33,386 nt of DNA from Gemmatimonadota bacterium (GCA_038153405.1 JAYOYH010000019.1:51076-84461); one strand, 5' to 3'. Positions 8,905 through 19,507 are shown, numbered from the stretch's first letter. Made by a program: numbers and translations. Notes: generated from the sequence alone by a model not told the origin.

Positions 8905-9453
8905 GTGAGTGCACCGGCTCCGCGCGTTCAGCTCGTTCTCGACGAACTCGCAGAGGGCGCGAATGTCTTTGTCTTTGCGATAGAGCCACAGGCGTTGGCG
9001 TTGGAGCACGAGTTTTTTTCTTTTTCCGCACCGGTCGAAGCCGATGTGTCCGTGCGGCGCAGCATCAATAACTTTTCGCTCAGTGGCATCGTGCGGTGGA
9101 CGGTTGCAGGCGAGTGCTACCGCTGCCTGGAATCGATGCAGGAGGCCCAACAGGCCACCTTCGAGTTGCTGCTTCAGCGTCGTCAAGCCAGCGAGGAAGA
9201 GCTCGAATCGGCCGAGGATGACGGCCATATGGAAATTATCGATCCGGGCACGCGCTGGGTCGATTTGGCCGACTACGTGCGCGAGGCCATCGTGTTGGAA
9301 CTGCCTATGCGCATTCCCTCCGAGGCCAGCCAGGGTCGGTGTCCACACTGCGGGATGGGAGAGTCTTTGGGCGATAGCGACCGCAAGAAAAAGGTCGACC
9401 CGCGCTGGGATGCGCTCAGAAACATAGAGTTTTCACAGAAAAATCGCGCTTAG
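8905..9453 (+). CDS. yceD: DUF177/YceD family protein
   Basis: CYRCL, DL...VREAIVLELPM, CPHCG and DPRWDAL; sits immediately upstream of rpmF. GTG start with GGAG at 8894. Confidence 0.88.
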   Translation: MSAPAPRVQLVLDELAEGANVFVFAIEPQALALEHEFFSFSAPVEADVSVRRSINNFSLSGIVRWTVAGECYRCLESMQEAQQATFELLLQRRQASEEELESAEDDGHMEIIDPGTRWVDLADYVREAIVLELPMRIPSEASQGRCPHCGMGESLGDSDRKKKVDPRWDALRNIEFSQKNRA

Positions 9454-9468
9454 CGAAAGGAGTTTGAC

Positions 9469-9651
9469 GTGGCTTCAGTACCTAAGAGAAGGATTTCGCG
9501 CACGCGCCGCGACAAGCGGCGCACGCATTGGAAAATTAAGGCAGCAGGACTCAGCACCTGCGCCAGCTGTGGACAGCCGGCTCTGCCGCATCGCGTTTGC
9601 CCTAGCTGCGGCACATATCGCGGTCGCGAGTACGCCGAGCCCGAAGTCTAA
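9469..9651 (+). CDS. rpmF: 50S ribosomal protein L32 (Zn-ribbon form)
   Basis: VPKRRISRTRRDKRRTH, CASCG...PHRVCPSCGTY; AAGGAG RBS. Confidence 0.97.
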   Translation: MASVPKRRISRTRRDKRRTHWKIKAAGLSTCASCGQPALPHRVCPSCGTYRGREYAEPEV

Positions 9652-9680
9652 ACGCGCGTCGCGGGCGGACGAGCAGCGCA

Positions 9681-10685
9681 GTGGGGAGCGAGCAAAAATA
9701 CGGTGCGGTCATCGCGGAAACGGCGCATTTTCTGCCAGATCGCATCGTGACCAATGCCGAGATAGAACAGTTCGTAGATACGTCTGACGAGTGGATCCGC
9801 GATCGCACAGGTATTGCCGAGCGGCGCTTTTTAAACGAGGACGAACCGACTTCGCGCATGGCAATTGAGGTCGGCAGGTCGCTGGTCGAGAAGAGCGGCG
9901 TCGATCCGCTCAGCATCGATCTCGTGATCGTCGCGACGATTACGCCGGACATGTTCTTCCCGGCTACGGCCTGCCTTGTACAGGCGGCCATCGGCGCCAA
10001 GAACGCTTGGGCATACGACCTGTCGGCGGCCTGTTCGGGCTTTGTCTTTGCCATCGTCACGGCAGCACAGTTCATCCAGAGCGGTGCGCATCAGCGGGTC
10101 ATGGTCATCGGTGCTGACAAGATGAGCTCCATACTCGATATGCAGGACCGCAATACCTGTGTGCTTTTTGGCGACGGAGCTGGAGGCGTGCTGCTCGAGC
10201 GCAGCGAAGACCCGACGCTAGGCCTGCTGGACTTTGTTCACTGCGCCGATGGCTCGAACGTCGACTGCCTCAACGTGCGCGGCGGCGGCAGCCTGCACCC
10301 GGCCACGCACGAGACCGTCGATGGGCGCCTGCACTACGTGCGCCAGGACGGCCGGGCGGTCTTTAAGTTTGCCGTTGTCAAGATGGCCGAAGTCTCGGCC
10401 AACCTCCTCGAGCGCAACGGGCTCACGGGAAACGACTTGACCCTCTTCGTTCCGCACCAGGCCAATCGCCGCATTATCGATGCGGCGGCCGAACGCATGC
10501 AATTGCCCGCCGACCGAATTATGATCAACATCGATCGCTTTGCCAATACGACGGCGGCTACGATTCCCATCGCGCTATCGCAAGCCTGTGACGAGGGGCG
10601 CCTCCGCAGGGGCGACTTGCTGATGATGACGGGCGTTGGCGCCGGTCTTACCTGGGGCAGCGCCCTGTTTCGCTGGGGCCTATAA
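9681..10685 (+). CDS. fabH: Beta-ketoacyl-ACP synthase III
   Basis: DTSDEWIRDRTGI, AACSGF (catalytic Cys), FGDGAG, PHQAN, NT and GAGLTWG. Confidence 0.96.
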   Translation: MGSEQKYGAVIAETAHFLPDRIVTNAEIEQFVDTSDEWIRDRTGIAERRFLNEDEPTSRMAIEVGRSLVEKSGVDPLSIDLVIVATITPDMFFPATACLVQAAIGAKNAWAYDLSAACSGFVFAIVTAAQFIQSGAHQRVMVIGADKMSSILDMQDRNTCVLFGDGAGGVLLERSEDPTLGLLDFVHCADGSNVDCLNVRGGGSLHPATHETVDGRLHYVRQDGRAVFKFAVVKMAEVSANLLERNGLTGNDLTLFVPHQANRRIIDAAAERMQLPADRIMINIDRFANTTAATIPIALSQACDEGRLRRGDLLMMTGVGAGLTWGSALFRWGL

Positions 10686-10686
10686 C

Positions 10687-11631
10687 ATGGCGAATGTGGC
10701 CTACTTATTTCCCGGTCAAGCCTCGCAGTTTGTTGGCATGGCGCGCGATCTATTCGATGCGCACGAAAGCGTGCGCGCGCTGTTTGCCCGCGCCGACGAC
10801 GTGCTGGAATTTGCGCTGAGCGAAGTGTGTTTCAATGGCCCCGAAGAGCAGCTCGGTCAGACTGCTGTGACGCAGCCGGCGGTATTCGTGCACAGCGTCG
10901 CCGCATACCAACTGTTGGAGCAGAGCGACCTGCAGCCGGTCTGCGTCGCCGGACACAGCCTCGGAGAATACTCGGCTCTGGTGGCTGCCGGCGCCTTGGA
11001 TTTTGAGACGGCCCTCGCGCTGGTAAAGGAGCGCAGTCGCGCGATGCAGGACGCTGGAGAGGCGCAGCCGGGCGCTATGGCCGCGCTCATTGGCCCTGCC
11101 GACGAAGAAGTGGTTGCGCTGTGCGCGCAGGCCGCCGATGCCGGCGTTGTCGTCGCGGCCAATTTTAATGCGCCGGGCCAAGTCGTCGCCTCCGGAGAGA
11201 AGGCGGCCATAGCGCGCCTGGGCGAGTTGGCCGCAGCCGCCGGTGTCAAGCGCTTTGTCGAGCTACCGGTCAGCGGCGCCTTTCACTCGCCCCTTATGCA
11301 GCCGGCCGCCGATCGCATGTGCGGCCTATTGGCAGATGCACCGCTGCGCGCGCCGCGCGTGCCGGTCATAACGAACGTGTCGGCCGTGCCCGTTGAGGAT
11401 CCCGACGTGCTGTGCAGCGATCTCATCAAGCAAATTACGCACGCGGTGCGCTGGACCGAGTCGATGAATGCACTCGTCGCGGCGGGGATCGATTGTGCTG
11501 TGGAAGTGGGCCCGGGCACCGTGCTCAAGGGGCTGATGCGCCGCATTGCCCGCGACGCGTCTGTCCTGAGTGCGGGCGGCGTCGACGACATCGAATCGAC
11601 GGTGCGCCAACTGAAGGGGGAAGATCAATGA
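10687..11631 (+). CDS. fabD: Malonyl-CoA:ACP transacylase
   Basis: FPGQ.SQ, GHSLGEY, VSGAFHS and EVGPG.VL.GL; ATG at 10687 lies 1 nt after the fabH stop. Confidence 0.96.
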   Translation: MANVAYLFPGQASQFVGMARDLFDAHESVRALFARADDVLEFALSEVCFNGPEEQLGQTAVTQPAVFVHSVAAYQLLEQSDLQPVCVAGHSLGEYSALVAAGALDFETALALVKERSRAMQDAGEAQPGAMAALIGPADEEVVALCAQAADAGVVVAANFNAPGQVVASGEKAAIARLGELAAAAGVKRFVELPVSGAFHSPLMQPAADRMCGLLADAPLRAPRVPVITNVSAVPVEDPDVLCSDLIKQITHAVRWTESMNALVAAGIDCAVEVGPGTVLKGLMRRIARDASVLSAGGVDDIESTVRQLKGEDQ

Positions 11632-12371
11632 GCCTGGAAGGAAAAGTCGCTCTAGTGACCGGTGGATCGCGCGGCATCGGTCGCGCCATTGCGCTGCGCT
11701 TGGCCGCCGACGGAGCCGATATAGCGATCTGTGCGCGCAATGTGGAAGCCGCCGAAGCGGTTGGTCGCGAGGTCGAGGCGCTGGGGCGGCGCTGTTTGGT
11801 GCGCCAGGCCGACGTGTCGCACAGCGAACAGGCCGAAGAGCTCGTTGGAGCCGTTGTCGATGAACTCGGCTCGCTCTACGCCCTCATAAACAATGCGGGC
11901 ATCACGCGCGACAACTTGCTGATGCGCATGAAAGAAGAAGATTGGGATGTGGTGATGCAGGTCAATTTAAAAGGTGCCTTTAACTGCGCGCGCGCCGCCG
12001 TGCGGCCCATGTTGAAAGCGCGCGCAGGGCGCATTATCAGCATCACGTCGGTCGTCGGTCTACAGGGCAATGCCGGTCAGGCCAACTACGCCGCATCCAA
12101 GGCCGGGCTCATCGGGCTGACCAAGAGCTTGGCGCGCGAGCTGGCTTCCCGTTCGATCACCGTCAACGCCGTTGCGCCCGGCTTAGTGCCCGACACGGGC
12201 ATGACGGATGAGCTGTCGGCAGATGTGGTGGAAAGCATGTTGGCCCAAGTGCCGCTGGGGCGTCCCGGCACGCCAGACGACGTGGCTCATGCCGTGGCAT
12301 TTCTGGCCGCCGATGGCGCCGCCTATATAACGGGTCAGGTGCTCTCGGTCGACGGCGGAATGGCCATGTAG
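11628..12371 (+). CDS. fabG: 3-oxoacyl-ACP reductase
   Basis: TGGSRGIG, NNAGITRD, YAASKAG and VDGGM; ATGA overlap with the fabD stop. Confidence 0.96.
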   Translation: MSLEGKVALVTGGSRGIGRAIALRLAADGADIAICARNVEAAEAVGREVEALGRRCLVRQADVSHSEQAEELVGAVVDELGSLYALINNAGITRDNLLMRMKEEDWDVVMQVNLKGAFNCARAAVRPMLKARAGRIISITSVVGLQGNAGQANYAASKAGLIGLTKSLARELASRSITVNAVAPGLVPDTGMTDELSADVVESMLAQVPLGRPGTPDDVAHAVAFLAADGAAYITGQVLSVDGGMAM

Positions 12372-12380
12372 ATATTGCGC

Positions 12381-12410
12381 TTGTAGTAGACGCCGGGCCC
12401 GTACTATATT
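12381..12410 (+). promoter_or_regulatory. Possible internal promoter for acpP
   Basis: TTGTAG (12381-12386), 18-bp spacer, TATATT (12405-12410) in the AT-richer fabG-acpP gap. Confidence 0.3.
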
Positions 12411-12458
12411 TGAGCCTAACTTTACTCAATAACTTCACCTTATCAAAGGGGATTGAAA

Positions 12459-12698
12459 ATGGCATCCATAGGAGATAGAGTGCGCGATCTAGTTGTCGAG
12501 CAACTGGGCGTGAGCGAAGATCAGGTCAACCCGCAGGCGTCTTTTATCGACGATCTGGGCGCCGACTCGCTGGATACCGTCGAGCTCGTCATGGCGTTTG
12601 AAGAGGAATTCGGCATCGATATTCCAGACGAGGACGCCGAGAAAATGACGTCTGTTGGCGACGCGATCAAATACCTAGAAGAAAACAGCAAATCCTAA
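12459..12698 (+). CDS. acpP: Acyl carrier protein
   Basis: [20 protein letters not shown] phosphopantetheine site; AAGGGGA RBS before the ATG at 12459. Confidence 0.97.
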   Translation: MASIGDRVRDLVVEQLGVSEDQVNPQASFIDDLGADSLDTVELVMAFEEEFGIDIPDEDAEKMTSVGDAIKYLEENSKS

Positions 12699-12712
12699 GC
12701 GAGGGCACGCAC

Positions 12713-13960
12713 GTGGCATTGAGGCGCAGAGTCGTAGTTACGGGATTGGGGGCACTGGCTCCCAACGGCAACGATCTAAAGTCTTTTTGGGACGGGTTGA
12801 TCAACGGTCGCTCTGGCATTGGCTTTATCAGCAAATTCGACACGACTGACTACCGGGCAAAGATCGCCGGTGAGATCAAGGACTTTGATCCGACTTTGGC
12901 GCTCGATGCTAAAGAGGCGCGCACAAACGACCCCTTTACCCACTACGGCGTGTATGCGGCAACGCAGGCGGTGCAGGACGCCGGTTTGGTCGTTGACGAG
13001 CGCAACGCCGAGCGCGTTGGCGTGATATGGGGATCTGGCATAGGTGGCATTACGACCCACGAGCAGCAGCATATGGTGCTGTTGGAAAAGGGCCCGAAGC
13101 GCGTCAGCCCATTTTTTGTCCCCATGATGATCGTCGATATGGCAGCGGGAATGATTTCCATGAAGCTGGGGGCGAAAGGGCCCAACTACGCCACTGTTTC
13201 GGCCTGCGCTTCCGCTTCGCACGCCATCGGCGAAGCGGCGCGCAAAATACAGTACGGCGAGGCCGATGTGATGATCACCGGTGGATCGGAAGCGGCAGTG
13301 ACGTCGACTTCTGTGGGGGGATTTGCCTCGGCGAGAGCGCTTTCGATGCGCAACGACGAACCGACTCGCGCCAGCCGTCCGTTTGACGCTGAACGCGATG
13401 GATTTGTAATGGGCGAGGGAGCCGGCGCCATCGTATTGGAAGAATTGGAAAGCGCGCGCGCGCGCGGCGCCGCGATATACGGCGAGTTTCTGGGTCTGGG
13501 TTTTACCGCCGATGCCTACCACCAGACCGCGATGGCGCCCGAAGCCGAAGGAGGAACGCGCGCCATGCGCATTGCGCTGGCCGACGCGGGCGTCGAGCGC
13601 GAAGCAATCAACTATATCAACGCGCACGGCACTTCGACGCCGATGGGCGATAGCCAAGAGACGGCGGCGATAAAGGCGACCTTTGGAGAGCACGCCTACT
13701 CGCTGGTAGTCTCGTCGACCAAATCGATGACGGGGCATTTACTGGGAGCTGCCGGCGCCATAGAAACCATTGCTTGTCTGATGGCCATCAAGAGCGGCGT
13801 GGTGCCACCGACGATCAATTACGAAAACCCTGATCCCGCATGCGATTTAGACTACGTGCCGAACGAAGCGCGCCAGGTAGAGGTGCGCTACGCCCTCAAT
13901 AATTCCTTTGGTTTCGGTGGTCATAACGTGGCGCTCGTCATGGGCCGCTTCGACGGTTAG
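12713..13960 (+). CDS. fabF: Beta-ketoacyl-ACP synthase II
   Basis: [12 protein letters not shown] (Cys), [15 protein letters not shown] and NSFGFGG. Confidence 0.97.
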   Translation: MALRRRVVVTGLGALAPNGNDLKSFWDGLINGRSGIGFISKFDTTDYRAKIAGEIKDFDPTLALDAKEARTNDPFTHYGVYAATQAVQDAGLVVDERNAERVGVIWGSGIGGITTHEQQHMVLLEKGPKRVSPFFVPMMIVDMAAGMISMKLGAKGPNYATVSACASASHAIGEAARKIQYGEADVMITGGSEAAVTSTSVGGFASARALSMRNDEPTRASRPFDAERDGFVMGEGAGAIVLEELESARARGAAIYGEFLGLGFTADAYHQTAMAPEAEGGTRAMRIALADAGVEREAINYINAHGTSTPMGDSQETAAIKATFGEHAYSLVVSSTKSMTGHLLGAAGAIETIACLMAIKSGVVPPTINYENPDPACDLDYVPNEARQVEVRYALNNSFGFGGHNVALVMGRFDG

Positions 13961-14013
13961 CGTCGTGTCAGTGAGCCGCTGGCGTTCGCGCCGATGAATG
14001 CGGCGACACGGCG
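13961..14013 (+). promoter_or_regulatory. Extended stem-loop filling the fabF-rnc spacer (candidate RNase III site or regulatory structure)
   Basis: CGTCGTGTC/GACACGGCG, GCCGC/GCGGC and GGCG-TTCG-CGCC stack with two bulges; no U-tract follows. Confidence 0.45.
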
Positions 14014-14022
14014 TATTGCGCT

Positions 14023-14778
14023 ATGCGATGGTTTGCCTCTCTTCTCGACCGCCTCCGTCCTGCGCCAGCGCCGGCCGAACTGTCCGGGCAGTTGTTGGGC
14101 AACCTCGAGGCGCGCATCGGCTATCGATTTCAAAATCCTTCTCTCCTAGTTTATGCGCTCAAGCATCGATCGTACGTATACGCCCTTCAAGAAAGCGGCA
14201 TAGAGTCAAACGAGCGCCTGGAATTTCTCGGCGATGCCGTGCTCGATTTGTTGGTGGCAGAATATCTCTTTCGCAATTTTAGCGACAAGCGCGAAGGCGA
14301 TTTGACTCAAATGAAGTCGCTCGTTGTCAGTCGACAAATACTGGCCAAAAAAGCAGAGCAGATTGATCTGGGCACGTATGTGTTGCTCAGCGCAGAAGAG
14401 CGTGGAGCGGGTGGTGGGCAGCAGCCATCGATTCTGTGCGACGCTTTTGAGGCCTTGCTGGGGGCGCTCTACTTAGACGGGGGATTGGTCGTTTGTCGTC
14501 GATTTGTCGACGCGCACGTCTTAGACGATTTTCACGATCTTATTAGCCGCGACGACTACGTGAATTTCAAGAGCAAACTGCTCGAGCACACGCAGAGCCA
14601 GGGCAACGGACACCCGCGTTATCTGGTACATGCCGAAGAGGGCCCCGATCACGACAAGGTGTTTAGCGTAGAGGTCAGCATTACCGGCGAGCGCATTGGG
14701 CGCGGTCAGGGACGCAGTAAAAAAGAAGCACAGCAAATGGCAGCCAAGGACGCACTGCAGCGCCTAGGTGCACTATGA
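14023..14778 (+). CDS. rnc: Ribonuclease III
   Basis: NERLEFLGDAVL signature, D.FEALLGALYLD, and dsRBD (KSKLLE, EGPDHDKVF, G.SKKEAQQ.AA). Confidence 0.96.
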   Translation: MRWFASLLDRLRPAPAPAELSGQLLGNLEARIGYRFQNPSLLVYALKHRSYVYALQESGIESNERLEFLGDAVLDLLVAEYLFRNFSDKREGDLTQMKSLVVSRQILAKKAEQIDLGTYVLLSAEERGAGGGQQPSILCDAFEALLGALYLDGGLVVCRRFVDAHVLDDFHDLISRDDYVNFKSKLLEHTQSQGNGHPRYLVHAEEGPDHDKVFSVEVSITGERIGRGQGRSKKEAQQMAAKDALQRLGAL

Positions 14779-15602
14779 AAGAGTCTTGGCGCTGCCTTGA
14801 TACCGGAGCGCAAACCGGGGCTTTGAACATGGCATTGGATGAGTCGCTGGTCGCCCGAGTAGAGGGTGGGGGCACCTCTGTGCTGCGCTTTTACGGGTGG
14901 AACCCACCGGCTATTTCGCTTGGCTACGCCCAGTCGGCAGACGGTGAACTCGACGTCGATGCGTGCCGCGCCGCCGGCGTCGATATCGTGCGTCGGCCGA
15001 CGGGTGGGCGCGCGGTGCTGCACTGGCAAGAGCTGACCTACAGCGCGATCTTCGCCGCGCCCAGCGAGCCCTTCGGCGCGCGCATCGAGCAAACCTATAG
15101 CGTCATTGGCGAGTGCTTGGTGGCCGGTCTACGGCGCTTTGGCGCCGACGTTGAGCTGGAGCGAGCGCACGTGCGCTCGCCGCGTCCGCGCAGGGGCACG
15201 GCGGCTCTGCCATGTTTCTCTAGCATCGCTCGCTCAGAGGTCAAATGGCGCGGTCGGAAACTCGTCGGCAGCGCGCAGCGGCGCTTTGCCGGAGCCATTT
15301 TACAGCACGGATCTATTGTGATCGGTCCGGCCCACGAACAGTTGGTGGACTGCCTGCGCCTCGATGAGGCGCGCCGTGCACAGTGGCGCGCGCGCCTGCG
15401 CGCCGATAGCACCTGTTTGCAGGAATGCGTCGGAGGAGCGGTGGAACGCAGCGAATTGGTGGAGTGCATGATCGCTGGTTTCTCCGAGGTATTGGGCCGC
15501 CCATTAGCTACAGATCAGGTGCAACCGGAAGAGTGGGCGCTCAGTCGGGCGCGCGCCAATTTCTGGAACGTGGAAGCACGCTCAGCAAAGGCTGTGAATT
15601 AG
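14775..15602 (+). CDS. Lipoate-protein ligase A family protein (LipM/octanoyltransferase-like, catalytic domain only)
   Basis: [41 protein letters not shown] and LQHGSI; ATGA overlap with the rnc stop. Confidence 0.88.
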   Translation: MKESWRCLDTGAQTGALNMALDESLVARVEGGGTSVLRFYGWNPPAISLGYAQSADGELDVDACRAAGVDIVRRPTGGRAVLHWQELTYSAIFAAPSEPFGARIEQTYSVIGECLVAGLRRFGADVELERAHVRSPRPRRGTAALPCFSSIARSEVKWRGRKLVGSAQRRFAGAILQHGSIVIGPAHEQLVDCLRLDEARRAQWRARLRADSTCLQECVGGAVERSELVECMIAGFSEVLGRPLATDQVQPEEWALSRARANFWNVEARSAKAVN

Positions 15603-15603
15603 C

Positions 15604-16584
15604 ATGGACAACAGGGGGGAAAACCTGCTGGAGGTCCGCGATCTGCGCACCTACTTCTACACGGAAGAGGGCGTGGGGAAGGCGGTCGACGGCGTATCGT
15701 TTGAGCTGCGACGCGGCGAGACGCTCGGGCTAGTCGGCGAGAGCGGCTGCGGCAAGAGCGTCAGCGCGCTGTCGGTTATGCGCCTGATTCCCCAGCCGCC
15801 GGGACGCATTGAATCGGGTCAGGTGCTCTTTGGCGGGCGCGATCTGCTCACCCTGAGCGAGGAAGAGATGTGCCAAGTGCGCGGCGACGAGATTGCGATG
15901 ATCTTTCAGGAGCCGATGACCAGTCTCAACCCGGTGCTGACCTGCGGCTTTCAAATTGCCGAATCGGTTATCTTGCACCAGGGCGTATCCAAGGGGGAGG
16001 CGCGCAATCGCGCCGTGGAAATGCTGCGCCTCGTTGGCATACCGGCGGCCGAGCAGCGCGTCGACGAGTATCCGCACCAGTTGTCGGGTGGTATGCGCCA
16101 GCGCGTAATGATTGCCATGGCGCTGTCGTGCAATCCCGACTTGCTGATAGCCGACGAGCCCACTACGGCGCTCGACGTGACGATTCAGGCGCAGATATTG
16201 GAACTGTTACAGCGCCTGCAGGAAGAGTTTGAGATGGCCGTGCTGATGATAACGCACGACCTAGGCGTAATCGCTGAGGTAGCCGATCACGTCGCCGTTA
16301 TGTACGCGGGTCAAGTGGTCGAATACGCATCGACGCACGACGTATTCGACAACCCGCAGCACCCCTACACGCGCGGCTTGATGCAGTCGATACCACACCT
16401 CTATGGAGACCGCCAACGGCTGGAGGTCATCGATGGCATGGTGCCGGATGCTCGCGAATTTCCCGCTGGGTGCCGATTTGCTCCGCGCTGTACATTGGCC
16501 GAGGATCGCTGCCGGGAAGCAGAGGTCGAACTGTGCGCGCCATCTGGAAACCACTGGCGGCGCTGCCTAAAAGCTGGCGACTAA
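15604..16584 (+). CDS. Oligopeptide/dipeptide ABC transporter ATP-binding protein (OppD/DppD-like)
   Basis: [34 protein letters not shown] and Cys-rich C-terminus GCRFAPRC. Confidence 0.93.
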   Translation: MDNRGENLLEVRDLRTYFYTEEGVGKAVDGVSFELRRGETLGLVGESGCGKSVSALSVMRLIPQPPGRIESGQVLFGGRDLLTLSEEEMCQVRGDEIAMIFQEPMTSLNPVLTCGFQIAESVILHQGVSKGEARNRAVEMLRLVGIPAAEQRVDEYPHQLSGGMRQRVMIAMALSCNPDLLIADEPTTALDVTIQAQILELLQRLQEEFEMAVLMITHDLGVIAEVADHVAVMYAGQVVEYASTHDVFDNPQHPYTRGLMQSIPHLYGDRQRLEVIDGMVPDAREFPAGCRFAPRCTLAEDRCREAEVELCAPSGNHWRRCLKAGD

Positions 16585-16610
16585 CGGCGATATTTCCGAT
16601 TATATCTGTG

Positions 16611-17609
16611 ATGCATACGAGCTCAGACGTTCCTCTACTAGAGGTTGAAAATCTAAAGAAACACTATCCCGTGCGCAGCGGGTTGTGGGGGAAGGTGCGC
16701 GCCTCGGTAAAGGCCGTAGACGGCGTGTCGCTGAAGATCATGGAGGGCGAGACGCTCGGCGTGGTAGGCGAGAGCGGTTGCGGTAAGACGACGCTGGGTC
16801 GCCTCATACTGCGCCTAGTCGAGGCTACAGAAGGACGCGTTGTCTACCAAGGACGCGATATCTTCGGCATGGGCAAGCGCGAAATGCGCGCTATGCGGCG
16901 CAGTATGCAGATTATATTTCAGGATCCCTATAGCTCGCTCAACCCGCGCATGACGGTGGGCGGCATTATCGGGGAAGCACTGAAAATACACGAGTTGGTC
17001 GAGCCGGACCGCGTCGATGCGCGGGTTGCCGAATTGATGGAAATCGTCGGGCTGCAGCCGAGCTATGCCAGGCGCTATCCGCACGAGTTTTCCGGCGGTC
17101 AGCGCCAGCGCATTGGCATTGCTCGTGCGCTTGCTGTCGAACCGAACTTCATCGTTGCCGATGAGCCGGTTTCTGCACTCGACGTATCGATACAGGCGCA
17201 GATCATTAATTTGCTGCAGGATCTCCAGCGCGATCTGGGATTAACCTATATGTTTATCGCTCACGACCTTAGCGTCGTGCGCCATATATCGGATCGCGTG
17301 GCGGTCATGTATTTGGGGCGGATAGTAGAACTGGCCGATCGCAACCAACTCTACGAGGCACCGTCCCATCCCTATACGCGGGCACTTCTATCGGCTGTGC
17401 CCGTGCCCGTGCCAGGGGCGGCCAAGCAGCGCGTCGTGCTACAGGGCGACGTGCCCAACCCGGCATCCGTGCCGCCCGGGTGCCCATTTCATCCCCGCTG
17501 TCCGGAAAAGCGGGATCGCTGTACTCAGACGGTTCCGCGATTAGTCGACCTGGGCAATGGACATCAAACGGCCTGTTTGCTGCGCTATCCAGAGGGGATA
17601 GCCGAGTAG
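16611..17609 (+). CDS. Oligopeptide/dipeptide ABC transporter ATP-binding protein (OppF/DppF-like)
   Basis: [41 protein letters not shown] and GCPFHPRC. Start taken at ATG 16611 (GTG 16608 possible). Confidence 0.92.
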   Translation: MHTSSDVPLLEVENLKKHYPVRSGLWGKVRASVKAVDGVSLKIMEGETLGVVGESGCGKTTLGRLILRLVEATEGRVVYQGRDIFGMGKREMRAMRRSMQIIFQDPYSSLNPRMTVGGIIGEALKIHELVEPDRVDARVAELMEIVGLQPSYARRYPHEFSGGQRQRIGIARALAVEPNFIVADEPVSALDVSIQAQIINLLQDLQRDLGLTYMFIAHDLSVVRHISDRVAVMYLGRIVELADRNQLYEAPSHPYTRALLSAVPVPVPGAAKQRVVLQGDVPNPASVPPGCPFHPRCPEKRDRCTQTVPRLVDLGNGHQTACLLRYPEGIAE

Positions 17610-17677
17610 ATGGGATGCTGCCGCCCGTGGTGGGCGAGTCGCATTAAAGAGGCTTAGAGTAGGAGAAGAAAAAGCGT

Positions 17678-19492
17678 ATGATGACTGCACTGCGCGAGAA
17701 AACTGCGCTCATACTGTGGTTTGTTATTTTCGCCTTCATTGGGTTAATCGTCGTCGAATGGGGCGCCGATTACACCGGCGGTATGCAACAGCAGGCCGTC
17801 GGTGATACGGTCGGCACTATCAACGGCGAGACGATATCGCTGAAGGATTTTCAGGGCGCTCTGCGCCAAGCCGCCAGCCAAGCGCCGCGCGAGCAGCGCG
17901 AAGACCAGGGCGTGTTGGTGCGCCAGGTATGGGACTCCTACGTCCAGGAGGTTCTGCTGCGCCAGGAAATCGAGCGGCTCGGCGTGCAGGTTACGGACAA
18001 AGAGGTGGCTTATTATACGCGCACCATGCCGCCGCCGGCCGTGCAGTCGATGGAGGCCTTTCAGACCGATGGGCAGTTCGACGTGGCCAAGTATACGCAG
18101 TTTATTGGCGATCCGGCCAACCTACAGGATCCCAACAACCGCGGCTTCGTCATGCAGGTTGAGTTCATGCTGCGCCAGCAGTTGCTCAACTACAAGCTGC
18201 AGCGCCTGCTGATGAGCGGCGTGCAGGTGACGCCGGCGGAGGTGCGCGCACATTTTGCCGACAGCAACGAGAAGGTGAAGATCGACTTTGTATTTGCCGC
18301 TGGGAGCACTATTGCCGACGATCTGGTCGAGGTGACGGACGCCGACTTAGCCAGCTACTACGGAGAAAACGGTGCCGAGTTTTTCCATCCAGAACAGGTT
18401 CGGCTCTCGTACGCCTACTTCCCCAAAGTTGCCAGTGCGGCAGACTCACTGGCTATTGCTGAAGAAATAGGCCGCCTGCGTGCAGAAATTGAAGCCGGTA
18501 CCGACTTTGCCGAATTGGCCGAGGCCATATCAGACGACCAGGGATCGGCCGCGCAGGGTGGATCTCTAGGCACCTTTGGGCGCGAGCGCATGGTCAAGCC
18601 CTTTTCCGACGCCGCATTTGCACTCGAGCCCGGGCAGGTGTCCGAACCCGTGGAGACGCGCTTTGGTCTGCACTTGATCAAAGTGGATGACAAGACGGTG
18701 GAAGACGGGGAGGAGAAAATTACCGCGCGCCATATCCTGCTGCGCTATGGCGCGTCGCGCAGCACGGAGGACACGCTGCGCTCGTGGGCCGAAGAGTTCC
18801 AGCAAAGGGCTGCTACTGCAGGATTTGAAGCAGCGCTGCGCGCCGCGGGCATGGAGGGCGTAGACTCGGGTTATCTGCAAAGCGACCAGATCGTTCCCAG
18901 CTTGGGGCAGGGCACGGCCTGGCTGGTCAACTGGGCGCTGGAACAAGAGGTCGGTACGGTTGCGCGCGTGGCCGAAAATGAGCGCGGTCTGTGGGTTGCC
19001 GTAGTGGCGGATAAGCGGGCTGAGGGTCAAATGCCGCTGGAAGAAGTGCGGCCGCGCGTCGAGCGCGAAGTGCGGGCGCACAAAAAGGCGGATATGGTTG
19101 CCACCAAGCTGCGCGAAGTGCGGGCGCAGGTAGAAAGCGGTGCCACCTTAGAAGAGGCCGCTAGCGCGGCGGGTTTTGAAGTGCGCCAGTCCGAGCCGTT
19201 TGCGCGCACCGAGTCGGTGCCGGGAATCGGGCGCGGCAACGGCGTCGTCGCCGCGGCATTTCGCTTGCAGGAAGGTCAGCTGAGCGATGTCATGACGCTG
19301 CGCCAGGGCGCCTATTTGCTGCGCTTGGCGGAAAAGGCACCGTTGGACGAGGCGCTCTTTGCCGAGCAAAGCGCCCAATTCCAGCAGCAGTTGCTCGCCC
19401 AGCGCCAGCAGGAGGCGCTGCAGAACTGGTTCGCCCAGCTCTACGAGACCGCCGTGATCGAAGACAATCGCCACCTGTTCTTCACCTTCTAG
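17678..19492 (+). CDS. Membrane-anchored parvulin-type peptidyl-prolyl isomerase with SurA-N domain (PpiD-like)
   Basis: N-terminal TM helix (ILWFVIFAFIGLIVV), VG.INGE.I, and parvulin motif FAELAE..SDD.GSA..GG.LG.F....MVKPF.DAAF.L..GQVS.PVET.FG.HLI. Confidence 0.88.
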   Translation: MMTALREKTALILWFVIFAFIGLIVVEWGADYTGGMQQQAVGDTVGTINGETISLKDFQGALRQAASQAPREQREDQGVLVRQVWDSYVQEVLLRQEIERLGVQVTDKEVAYYTRTMPPPAVQSMEAFQTDGQFDVAKYTQFIGDPANLQDPNNRGFVMQVEFMLRQQLLNYKLQRLLMSGVQVTPAEVRAHFADSNEKVKIDFVFAAGSTIADDLVEVTDADLASYYGENGAEFFHPEQVRLSYAYFPKVASAADSLAIAEEIGRLRAEIEAGTDFAELAEAISDDQGSAAQGGSLGTFGRERMVKPFSDAAFALEPGQVSEPVETRFGLHLIKVDDKTVEDGEEKITARHILLRYGASRSTEDTLRSWAEEFQQRAATAGFEAALRAAGMEGVDSGYLQSDQIVPSLGQGTAWLVNWALEQEVGTVARVAENERGLWVAVVADKRAEGQMPLEEVRPRVEREVRAHKKADMVATKLREVRAQVESGATLEEAASAAGFEVRQSEPFARTESVPGIGRGNGVVAAAFRLQEGQLSDVMTLRQGAYLLRLAEKAPLDEALFAEQSAQFQQQLLAQRQQEALQNWFAQLYETAVIEDNRHLFFTF

Positions 19493-19507
19493 AAGGGAGA
19501 TCTCTAC

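Noticed and set aside
12776..13738. Long antisense or alternate-frame ORFs (for example 12776-13738, 21984-22907, 29325-30203, 30678-31547)
   Set aside because: They overlap well-supported genes and are expected shadows in high-GC coding DNA; they carry no motifs.
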